From Gemmatimonadales bacterium (lineage in GTDB: Bacteria > Gemmatimonadota > Gemmatimonadetes > Longimicrobiales > Gaopeijiaceae), in assembly GCA_947499465.1 (NCBI GenBank), contig CANMOI010000004.1:14023-78022 (forward strand): a stretch of 64,000 nt of DNA. Reading direction: 5' to 3'. A model generated the notes under the pieces. It saw nothing but the letters and a program-made list of their open reading frames with translations. It was not told the DNA's origin and did no database searches. Shown in pieces: positions 1 to 7,048 of the stretch (positions within the stretch are counted from its first letter, which is position 1; every line of letters starts with the position of its first letter). The translations under genes and the position numbers were made by a program.

Positions 1-238
1 TGAAGTGCCACGTGTGTGGTTTCAGCGAGTGCGGGTGATGGTTGTCGGAACGGTGAGATCGGGGACGTTGATGGAGGGTCCGCGCTGAGCCGACTGCTCG
101 GTTGGACTTTGGTGGACCAGCCCGAGTTGGTGGGGCTGATCTCATAGAGCGGGCCAGTCGGAGTTGGGATCCGGCTGGCCCGCGGTGTGTCTATGAGCGT
201 TTATACGGGATACGCTCTTCGGATGGGTGAGACTCGAA

Positions 239-508
239 CTAGAGCCGCCTCAAGAGGGTGTCGTATTCGCCGTGCGATCCGATCCAGAACCAAAGCAGCA
301 CATCGCCTTCTTGAATGGCCAACGCGCGATCATGGAGTCCGACTCGCGCTGCGAAGATCGGTGCAGCGGTGTGAACCTGCTTGAATCGCAGGCTAGGATG
401 GGATGGGTTCGTTTGGAATTGGCGAAACGCGGTTCGTGCCAATTCTTTCAAATCGGGGGGTAGTTCTTCGAACGCCTTCTTGAAGCGCGGCGTCCTGCGC
501 GAGATCAC
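239..508 (-). CDS. RelE/ParE-superfamily type II toxin (about 89 aa)
   Basis: Motifs FKKAF..NPSHPSLRFK and LLWFWIGSHGEYDTLL are typical of RelE/ParE-like toxins. A GTG at 508-506 overlaps the TGA of the upstream antitoxin ORF (GTGA). The longer track ORF to 616 would overlap the antitoxin. Confidence 0.65.
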   Translation of the reverse strand: MISRRTPRFKKAFEELPPDLKELARTAFRQFQTNPSHPSLRFKQVHTAAPIFAARVGLHDRALAIQEGDVLLWFWIGSHGEYDTLLRRL

Positions 509-723
509 AGGTCGTCGGGATCTAGCGGCTCTGTGCGGCCGGACTTGAGATCGCCAATCGCTTCCCTTCCCAGCCGCCCTAGGGCATCCTGACTGCCGGT
601 GAATGCCTGGTCCCACTGTGCCTCGGCCTCGAGTTCAGCCAAGACCAGGGCGGCGAAGGCATCCTGTTCCTTCGGTGGGAGCCTAGAAGCCTTGTCGAAG
701 GCCTTCTTAAGGAGCTCGGTCAT
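505..723 (-). CDS. type II antitoxin partner (72 aa)
   Basis: Small acidic ORF MTELLKKAFDKASRLPPKEQDAFA...EPLDPDDL lies immediately upstream of the toxin with a 4-nt overlap. This is the classic antitoxin-toxin arrangement. Confidence 0.6.
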   Translation of the reverse strand: MTELLKKAFDKASRLPPKEQDAFAALVLAELEAEAQWDQAFTGSQDALGRLGREAIGDLKSGRTEPLDPDDL

Positions 724-886
724 GCGGCTTGTTACCCTCGCGAGAGTGGTGTGGTCTCAACATGCGAGGGGCACCGCGACCTAGCAATTACTGCCTGGGA
801 CGCCCTTCAAATCGCTGGGCACGGGTGGCCGTCGGAAAACGATAGATTCGCCGAGCGAGTGTTGGTCCGCGGCAGGCGACTGATCG

Positions 887-1387
887 ATGCGGGGAGTCCA
901 TTTACCTCAGCTTGGAAGACGTCCGATAGCGCCCAGAATCTGGATCGACGCTGACGCCGCCCCGCGCGATGTCAAAGAGATCGTCTTCCGCGCCGCGAAG
1001 CGTCTAGAGCTTCATGTGGTGATGGTCGCCAACCAGCGCCTCCAGCTCCCCGCCAACAATCCGTTCGTCTCGTTCACTTGGGTGAAGGGCGGCCCCGACG
1101 AGGCGGACATCTACATCGCCGAGCACGCGGCACCCGGTGACGTCGCGGTAACCGCAGACATCCCCCTTGCCGCGATCCTGGTCGAGAAGCAGCTCGTCGT
1201 CCTCGATCCCCGCGGTGAGATCTACACCGAGTCGAACGTCCGCGAGCGCCTCAACATCCGCGACTTCATGACGTCGCTCCGGGACTCCGGCGTCGAGACG
1301 GGTGGCGCGGCCCCCTACGGCCAGCGTGACAAGCAGAACTTCGCGGCCGCGCTCGACCGCACCCTCGTCGCTCTCGCCAAGAAGTAG
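887..1387 (+). CDS. yaiI: YaiI/YqxD family protein (DUF188, UPF0178)
   Basis: IWIDADAAPRDVKEIV...VTADIPLAA...RERLNIRDFMTSLRDSGVETGG is collinear with E. coli YaiI. The ATG at 887 adds about 16 aa before the conserved IWIDAD start, so the start is uncertain. Confidence 0.8.
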   Translation: MRGVHLPQLGRRPIAPRIWIDADAAPRDVKEIVFRAAKRLELHVVMVANQRLQLPANNPFVSFTWVKGGPDEADIYIAEHAAPGDVAVTADIPLAAILVEKQLVVLDPRGEIYTESNVRERLNIRDFMTSLRDSGVETGGAAPYGQRDKQNFAAALDRTLVALAKK

Positions 1388-1400
1388 AGGGAAGCCCCCG

Positions 1401-1754
1401 ATGAACGAGAACCAGCGTGCCGTCTCCCGCTACATGGACGGCTTCCGAAAGACCGACCACGCCCAGATCCTCTCCTGCCTCACCGATGACGTCGAGTGGT
1501 ACATCCCCGGCGCCTTCAAGGTGAACGGCAAGGAAGCGTTCGATGGGCAGATCGAGGGCGAGGGCTTCAGCGGGAGCCCCACCATCGTTGTCGATCGGAT
1601 GATCGAGACCGATGATATCGTGATCGCCGAGGGCACGGTCGTAGCTCGGCTCGCGGACGGCACGCCACTCGAGCTCGCGATGTGCGACGTGTTCGAGTTG
1701 AGGGAAGGGAAGATCCGCCGCTTGACGAGCTACCTGATGCCTATGGGGTCGTAG
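1401..1754 (+). CDS. SnoaL-like / NTF2-family protein
   Basis: An internal ATG at 1401 is preceded by GAGGGAAG. The product is 117 aa with an NTF2-like pattern (DDVEWYIPG...IVIAEG...REGKIRRLTSY). Confidence 0.7.
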   Translation: MNENQRAVSRYMDGFRKTDHAQILSCLTDDVEWYIPGAFKVNGKEAFDGQIEGEGFSGSPTIVVDRMIETDDIVIAEGTVVARLADGTPLELAMCDVFELREGKIRRLTSYLMPMGS

Positions 1755-1781
1755 ATCGCCCTTTGCTGTGAAGGAGCCACA

Positions 1782-2048
1782 ATGGATGACGCATCCGAGG
1801 ACTTCTCCCATGTCTGGAAGGGCGATGGTGGCGAGGCGCAGTGGGAGCCGACTCTTCCGAACGACGAATTCGTTGGGAAGATGTTTCTGACCGGGGCGGT
1901 GGGAAGCCCGCCAGCAGCTCTATGCGTCGAGACGTTCTGGCGCGGGACGACCGACGTCCGTCACCAGGTCACGATTCCGCGGGAGCTGTTCCCGTTGCTC
2001 CGGGAGCTCTTGGCGGTCGAGATCTTCCGCGAGGAGCCCAACCGATGA
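1782..2048 (+). CDS. hypothetical acidic protein (88 aa)
   Basis: The ATG is preceded by GAAGGAG at good spacing, and GC3 is high. The stop overlaps the next start (ATGA at 2045-2048). I recognise no family. Confidence 0.5.
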   Translation: MDDASEDFSHVWKGDGGEAQWEPTLPNDEFVGKMFLTGAVGSPPAALCVETFWRGTTDVRHQVTIPRELFPLLRELLAVEIFREEPNR

Positions 2049-2356
2049 CGACCAAGCGTCCTCCCGCCCAGGAGCTCCGCCGGCGTTTCCTGCGCCGGAC
2101 CCTCACCCACCTCGGAATCGCGCTGGGGATCATCGTCTTTTCGCTCGGCATCGGGATCTGGGGCTACGAGCACTTCGAGCACCTGGCCTGGCGAGACGCA
2201 TTCGTGAATTCCGCCATGATTCTCGGCGGGATGGGGCCCGTGAAGACGGATCTGTCCGATCCTGGAAAAGTCTTCGCGGGTCTCTACGCGTTGTATGCGG
2301 GACTCGTGGTGATCGCGCTGGCGGGAATTCTTCTGGGCCCGGGGTGCATCACTTGA
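2045..2356 (+). CDS. small 2-TM ion-channel-like membrane protein with non-canonical filter; C-terminus possibly frameshifted (alternative end 2397)
   Basis: Architecture is TM1 (LGIALGIIVFSLGIGIW), a pore-helix-like WRDAFVNSAMILGGMGPV, PGKVFAGLYALYAG, then TM2. This parallels K+-channel pore modules with LGGMGP in place of TVGYGD. After the GGGG run at 2341-2344 a His-rich tail (VHHLMHHVHWDESLRTE) continues in the -1 frame to TAG 2395-2397. Confidence 0.55.
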   Translation: MTTKRPPAQELRRRFLRRTLTHLGIALGIIVFSLGIGIWGYEHFEHLAWRDAFVNSAMILGGMGPVKTDLSDPGKVFAGLYALYAGLVVIALAGILLGPGCIT

Positions 2357-2458
2357 TGCATCACGTGCACTGGGATGAGTCGCTCAGGACCGAGTAGAAA
2401 AACAAACCCCCCCGGCCCGATCGGCCAGAGGGTCTCGTTTGTGAGCCAGCGACCGGCT

Positions 2459-2629
2459 CTAGTGCTTATGGAACTGATTCGCCACCGCGTCGAAGTGGAC
2501 GCCCGTCATCTTCTTGATGCCGTCCGACGTCTTCTTGTAGACGGTGAGGTTCTTCCGGTCCGAGTCCCGATTGTTCCAGAAGTACGGCGTCTTGGTGCCG
2601 TTCTTCTTCACGATCATGATCCTGGCCAT
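2459..2629 (-). CDS. small Lys-rich hypothetical protein (56 aa; below the ORF-track cutoff)
   Basis: Hand translation gives MARIMIVKKNGTKTPYFWNNRDSDRKNLTVYKKTSDGIKKMTGVHFDAVANQFHKH. The ATG at 2629-2627 is preceded by GGAGATCACCCC and GC3 is high. The family is unknown. Confidence 0.45.
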   Translation of the reverse strand: MARIMIVKKNGTKTPYFWNNRDSDRKNLTVYKKTSDGIKKMTGVHFDAVANQFHKH

Positions 2630-2680
2630 GGGGTGATCTCCTACGGTTAGGGATCCCTGCAGGGCATTTTATCCGGAGAA

Positions 2681-2710
2681 ACAAAAAAGACCCGGGCCAT
2701 GGCCCAGGTC
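2681..2710 (-). terminator. intrinsic terminator, minus-strand orientation
   Basis: On the minus strand the sequence reads GACCUGGGCC-AU-GGCCCGGGUC followed by UUUUUUGU. The single non-Watson-Crick position is U.G on the minus strand but C.A on the plus strand. Confidence 0.6.
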
Positions 2711-3002
2711 TTTGCATCGCCGGTCTCCGACTCCTCGGAGGTTTTCGCCGCAACTAATGTAGCGGTTTAGCCTTCCGGGCTCAACCTATATGGTCCTGAC
2801 CCCATCTTCTACGGTTGTGCGATACCGATGGTGGCTGGAGCACGGCTGTGGCAGGCGATCGCGATCTGGGTCCCGTCGCTGGCGAGCCCGACGCCGTAGA
2901 GATCGGGCCTGCGTGGACTCCCTCCCGGCGTACGGATAGCTTTCGCTCCGTCCCCCGGGCACCGGGCCCGCGCGACGAACACCGAACAGTCGAGGTCACA
3001 TC

Positions 3003-3164
3003 GTGGGCAGAGGCGACAAGCGGACCGAGAAGGGCAAGCGATTCAAGCGGAGTCATGGTGTGACCCGCCCCAAGGGTGGAAGGAAGAAGGCGAAGCCTGG
3101 GCCCGCGAAGCCGGTCGCTGCCGCCCCCGCCGCGCCCGCGAAGAAGACCACGACCAAGAAGTAG
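3003..3164 (+). CDS. 30S ribosomal protein bTHX with Ala/Pro/Lys-rich C-terminal extension (53 aa; below the track cutoff)
   Basis: Hand translation gives VGRGDKRTEKGKRFKRSHGVTRPKGGRKKAKPGPAKPVAAAPAAPAKKTTTKK. The first ~27 aa resemble Thermus Thx (GKGDRRT.RGK...G..RP.K). GAGG lies 7 nt upstream of the GTG. Confidence 0.65.
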   Translation: MGRGDKRTEKGKRFKRSHGVTRPKGGRKKAKPGPAKPVAAAPAAPAKKTTTKK

Positions 3165-3185
3165 GTCAGGCGAGGGGATGATCCT

Positions 3186-4343
3186 CTGAAGATCGCCCTC
3201 GTCTCCGATTGGTTTCTCCCCCGGCTGGGGGGGGGGGCGAGCTCCAGCTGCGCGATCTGGCTGGCCAGCTCGCCGCCGCCGGCCACCAGGTGCACGTGGT
3301 CACCACGACCCCGGCGGATCCGGTCGCCCAGGGTAGGCTTCAGACCGGATCGGCCGCAGTGCCTCCGGGTGTCGCCGTCCATCGTGTTGACGTCCCGATC
3401 CTCCCCGGAGCGGGCTTCACGTACTCGCCCTGGGCGGGCGCCGCGATGCGCGAGGCGCTCCGGCCCCTCGAGCCCGACGTCGCCCACCTCCACGCCAGTA
3501 TCTGCTCGACCGGAACGCTGGCCGGCGCCTGGGCGGCGAATCGGCTCGATCTCCCGATCGTGGTCACGTTCCACTCCGTGCTGGGCATCTATCGCCATCT
3601 GCTGCGCGGGTTCGACGTCGCGGTCGGGTGGAGCCGGTGGCCGCACGTGTTCTCCGCGGTCGCGCGCGCTGGCGGACGAGGTCGCGTGGCTCGCGCCCGG
3701 CCGCGCGGTCGAGGTGCTCCCGAACGGCATCGATCTGGCCGAGTGGGCCGCCGATCCGGTGGGTGGCGCACCCGTCCCGCCCGGCTCACCCGACGAGTTG
3801 CGGCTCGTCTTGGTACTCCGGCTCCAGGCGCGGAAGCGCGGCATCCCGCTGATCCGCGTGGTGGCCGGCGCCGCGGCTCGGCTGCGCGGGATCCGCCACG
3901 TGCGCCTCACCGTGATCGGCGACGGCCCGGAGCGTCGCGCGATGGAGGCGGAGGCCCGGCGTCTCGGCATCGCCGAGGCGGTCGAGTTCACCGGTTACCT
4001 GGAGCGTCCGGCGATCCGTGAGCGGTTCGCGCGCGCCGATGCGTTCGTGCTGGTGAGCGTGCTCGAGTCGTTCGGGATCGCGGCGCTCGAGGCGAGGGCG
4101 GCGGGGCTGCCGGTCGTCGCGCGCTCGGAGAGCGGGATGGGCGAGCTACTGGAGAATGGCCGCGAAGCGCTGCTTGCGCCGTCGGACGCTGCGGTGACGG
4201 ACGCGCTCGTGCGCCTGGGGCAGGATCCCGCGCTGCTGCGTGCGATCGCGCACCACAACCGCGCCGTCCCCCCGTCGATCGGATGACCGACGACGCTAGC
4301 GCGCCACCTCGAGCTCTACCAGCGCGCCGTCGCCGCGAAATAG
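3186..4343 (+). pseudogene. GT4-family glycosyltransferase, multiply disrupted
   Basis: The N-terminus KIALVSDWFLPRLGG is reachable only from CTG 3186. A G11 tract at 3227-3237 shifts into the frame of ORF 3209..4021 (ELQLRDLAGQLAAAGHQVHVVT...). A second shift near 3658-3672, in a CGCGCGCG run, moves into the frame of ORF 3369..4286 (EVLPNGIDL..., FVLVSVLESFGIAALEARAAGLPVVA). An in-frame TGA at 4284-4286 is followed by 18 in-frame codons, PTTLARHLELYQRAVAAK, ending at TAG 4341-4343. Confidence 0.8.
3227..3237 (+). repeat. homopolymeric G11 tract inside the glycosyltransferase 5' end
   Basis: Counted directly: ctg + 10 more g. Tracts of 9 or 12 G would join the two reading frames; 11 does not. 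Confidence 0.95.
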
Positions 4344-4479
4344 ACCGGGGAAGCGGCAGCCGCGGTCCCGAGTCTCCAGCGCACGCATCCCGCGTCGCAC
4401 GCGACCCTCCGCGCACTTTCAGCTGAAAGTCTGGTCCCGTCCTCCCGCTCGGAGCGGCCGGGATCGGCATCGAAAGCTG

Positions 4480-5262
4480 TCAATGGAGATCTGGGACGAT
4501 CTCCCGATCCATGCCCGCCGCCCAATCCGCGACCGTCCCGAACCGCCCCCCGCGATCCTGGAACAGCCGAATCACCTCGCGCACCGCGTCGCGCGCGCGC
4601 GGCTCGGTTCCAGCGCGGCAGTCCCATCGGATGTTCTCCCCCCGCAGATCCACCAGCTCCCACGGATGCATGAACAGCACGACCGGCCGCGCGAGCCGCG
4701 CCAGCCACGGGTCGCGCAGCGCAGCGGGGAGCCGGAGCACCGACGAAGTCGTCGAAGCCGGTAGACGCCGGAGCCCGGGAGTCGGCCGCATCGTCCGCGT
4801 CGCGCGCCGGAACAGGTGATCTAGCCGATGCGCGCCCTCCGACGAATCGAGGCTGTAGCCTGCTTCGACGAGCAGGGGAAGGTACTCGTCAGGGAAATCG
4901 AGATTGGGCGCTCGGAACGCGGTGGTCGGCCCGATCGCACGCAGAACCGTCGAAGCGTCCTTCAGCTCCCGCACCGCTTCCTCGGGGCCCATCGCTCCGA
5001 ACCGCTTGTGCGTATGTCCGTGACATCCCAACTCGTGCCCCGCGGTGACGATGCCGCGAATGGCGTCCGGGTAGCGCTCGGCCGTCTGCCCCGTGACGAA
5101 GAACGTGCCCCGCACGCCCTCCTGCTCCAGCGCCTCGATGAGCCACGGCAGACCCTTCGTAACTCCGCGCCAGCCATCCAGATATGGGGGGCAGTCTGGC
5201 TCCACGTCCACCGTGAGGAGGACGTCGGGGGAGGGGCGGCGGGAATCAATCTCGCTGGGCAT
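4480..5262 (-). CDS. polysaccharide deacetylase (CE4/NodB homology) family protein
   Basis: LLTVDVEPD...GTFFVTGQTAERYPD...GHELGCHGHTHKRF is the NodB-domain pattern. The start is either ATG 5262 or GTG 5328. The latter would overlap the divergent gene starting at 5313. Confidence 0.8.
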   Translation of the reverse strand: MPSEIDSRRPSPDVLLTVDVEPDCPPYLDGWRGVTKGLPWLIEALEQEGVRGTFFVTGQTAERYPDAIRGIVTAGHELGCHGHTHKRFGAMGPEEAVRELKDASTVLRAIGPTTAFRAPNLDFPDEYLPLLVEAGYSLDSSEGAHRLDHLFRRATRTMRPTPGLRRLPASTTSSVLRLPAALRDPWLARLARPVVLFMHPWELVDLRGENIRWDCRAGTEPRARDAVREVIRLFQDRGGRFGTVADWAAGMDREIVPDLH

Positions 5263-5312
5263 GCCTGCAACTAAGAGGTTGTACGCCCCTCGTCGCTCGC
5301 TGACATTCGAAT

Positions 5313-6158
5313 ATGCGATCCCGCTCACTTTGCGCGTTAGGACTCACCCTGCTGCTTCTCGCGGGTGCTCGCACCGCAGCGGCGCAGGAGTCCTCGAGCG
5401 ATTTGGTGAGTGAACCCGCGACGGCCTTCGACGGCCTCCCTCCCGTGCACGGTCGCGACGACCTCTGGCTCGTGGACTCCCTCTACGTCGCGCTCGACGC
5501 GCAGGCCTCGCTCGACGCGGCCGCCGCGCTCGTCCAGGCCGACTCGACCGACTGGGACGCGTACGTGCGAGCCGCGCGCGCCGCGCTCGCGCTCGGGATC
5601 GCCGCGGAGGAGCGGTCCGATCAGAAGGCCTGGTACCTCCGCGCGGAGTCCTACGGCGCCCGCGCGGTCGCGATCGATTCGATGCGGGTGGACGGCCTCT
5701 ACTGGCTCGCCGCGGCTCGAGGACGGCGCACCCTGCTCGAGAGCCCGCGCGCGATCGTGTCGCTCGCGAACGAGGTCCACGTCATCGCCAACCGCGTGCT
5801 CGTCCTCGATCCGAGCCACCCTGGCGCACACAACATTCTCGGGCGATTCAACTTCGAGCTGCTGATCCTGAGCCGGGTCGAGCGCTTCTTCGCCCGCCAT
5901 CTCCTCGGCGGCGACTCGATCATCAAGCAGGCGACCTGGCCGGAAGCCGAGCGCCACCAGGTCGCGTCGGTCGAGATGGCACCATTCATGATCCTCTTCC
6001 ACTACGAGCTCGCGCGCACCTACGCGCGCCAGGGGAAACGTGCGGAGGCGAGGGAGCAGTACGAGACCGTGCTCGCGCTCCCGATCCGCCATCCCCCTGA
6101 CCCGAGGTGGCAGGCACTTTCAAAGAGAGCGATCGAGCGAATGGAGAAGGGGCGATGA
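5313..6158 (+). CDS. secreted helical-repeat (TPR-like) hypothetical protein
   Basis: Signal peptide MRSRSLCALGLTLLLLAGARTAAAQE and an Ala/Leu-rich helical composition. The stop overlaps the next start (ATGA at 6155). Confidence 0.5.
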   Translation: MRSRSLCALGLTLLLLAGARTAAAQESSSDLVSEPATAFDGLPPVHGRDDLWLVDSLYVALDAQASLDAAAALVQADSTDWDAYVRAARAALALGIAAEERSDQKAWYLRAESYGARAVAIDSMRVDGLYWLAAARGRRTLLESPRAIVSLANEVHVIANRVLVLDPSHPGAHNILGRFNFELLILSRVERFFARHLLGGDSIIKQATWPEAERHQVASVEMAPFMILFHYELARTYARQGKRAEAREQYETVLALPIRHPPDPRWQALSKRAIERMEKGR

Positions 6159-6958
6159 GGGTTCAGGCCGACGGCGCGCAGCTCCACGTGCATCTTCGCG
6201 GGCCGGAGGACGGCCCGAGGGTGTTGTTCATCCACGGCTTCCCGCTCACCGGCGCGATGTGGGACGCGCAGGTCGAGTGTCTTGCGGACAAGTGGCGTCT
6301 GATCGTTCCCGATCTGCGCGGCCACGGCGCGAGCGACGTCGGCGACGGCCAGTACGCGATCGACTTCTTCGTTGACGACATGTTCACGGTGCTCGATGAA
6401 GTGTCGCCGGAGCTGCCAGTCGTCGGCTGCGGGCTCTCGATGGGCGGCTACATCCTTCTGCGCGCGTTCGAGCGCGAGCCCGCGCGTTTCCGCGCGCTCG
6501 TCTTCGCGGACACGAAGAGCACGGCCGACGACGACGCGGGCCGCCTCAAGCGCCTGGACGCGGTGCGGAAGATCCGGAAGGAGGGCACGGCGGCCTACGG
6601 CGCGGCGTTCGTCACCGGCGGCGTCGGTGCCACCGCCAGGGCCGAACGACCCGAGGTGGTCGAAGCCGTGAAGGCGATGATCGCCGCCAACGACGCCCAC
6701 GGGATGGTCGGCGCCCAGCTTGCCATGGCCGCCCGAACCGACACCACGGCCGCCCTCCGCACCATCCAGGTTCCTACACTCGTAATCGTAGGCGAGGAGG
6801 ACACCCTCACCCCCCCGGCAGTAGCCAAGGCAATGGCCGACGCCGTTCCGGGAGGGGGTAGGCTGCTTCCGATCCCCAAAGCCGGCCACCTCTCCCCTAT
6901 GGAGGCACCGGACCTGTTCAATCGCGGGCTGCGCGACTTCCTTGAGAGCCTCCCCTAG
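6155..6958 (+). CDS. alpha/beta-fold hydrolase
   Basis: VLFIHGFPLTGAMWD...DLRGHGASD...GLSMGGY (nucleophile elbow)...GHLSPMEAP. Confidence 0.8.
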   Translation: MRVQADGAQLHVHLRGPEDGPRVLFIHGFPLTGAMWDAQVECLADKWRLIVPDLRGHGASDVGDGQYAIDFFVDDMFTVLDEVSPELPVVGCGLSMGGYILLRAFEREPARFRALVFADTKSTADDDAGRLKRLDAVRKIRKEGTAAYGAAFVTGGVGATARAERPEVVEAVKAMIAANDAHGMVGAQLAMAARTDTTAALRTIQVPTLVIVGEEDTLTPPAVAKAMADAVPGGGRLLPIPKAGHLSPMEAPDLFNRGLRDFLESLP

Positions 6959-7048
6959 AGGGGCGGTACCCCCCGCCTTGCCGCCCGTCACGGGGCCCCG
7001 CGAGATTTCGTAAAGCGACCGGCAACACCTGGATTTTCGAGGTTCTTG

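Noticed and set aside
195-240. tRNA-like fragment (GAGACTCGAAC resembles an antisense T-loop) as a possible att remnant
   Set aside because: The flanking bases do not form a T-stem or acceptor stem in either orientation. The segment also overlaps the toxin gene 3' end.
2740-2800. Possible SRP (4.5S) RNA because of GUCAGG and CCGGAAGG on the minus strand
   Set aside because: The conserved AGCAGC side of the SRP domain IV loop is absent, and the flanks do not form the long SRP helix. The resemblance is limited to a GGAA-type hairpin loop.
2630-3002. Assignment of the leader-like region to a known riboswitch class (guanidine-I/III, c-di-GMP-I, ydaO, fluoride, ZTP)
   Set aside because: Only short partial matches to remembered consensus fragments, such as GGUCAGGAC, CUAAACC and GGCGAUG. 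None of the full conserved cores could be aligned by eye, so the class is left open.
3178-3189. Three-codon mini-ORF (ATG ATC CTC TGA) as a functional uORF feeding the CTG start of the glycosyltransferase
   Set aside because: The GAGGGG element abuts this ATG with zero spacing, which is too close for initiation. It is correctly spaced for CTG 3186 instead, and the downstream gene is a pseudogene. I noted it only as context.
4284-4286. In-frame TGA in the glycosyltransferase as Trp recoding (genetic code 4) or selenocysteine
   Set aside because: TGA is used as an ordinary stop by many clearly complete genes in this window (pyk, pyrD, katG-adjacent furA and others). There is no SECIS-like hairpin. 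The gene has other independent lesions, so a nonsense mutation is the simpler reading.
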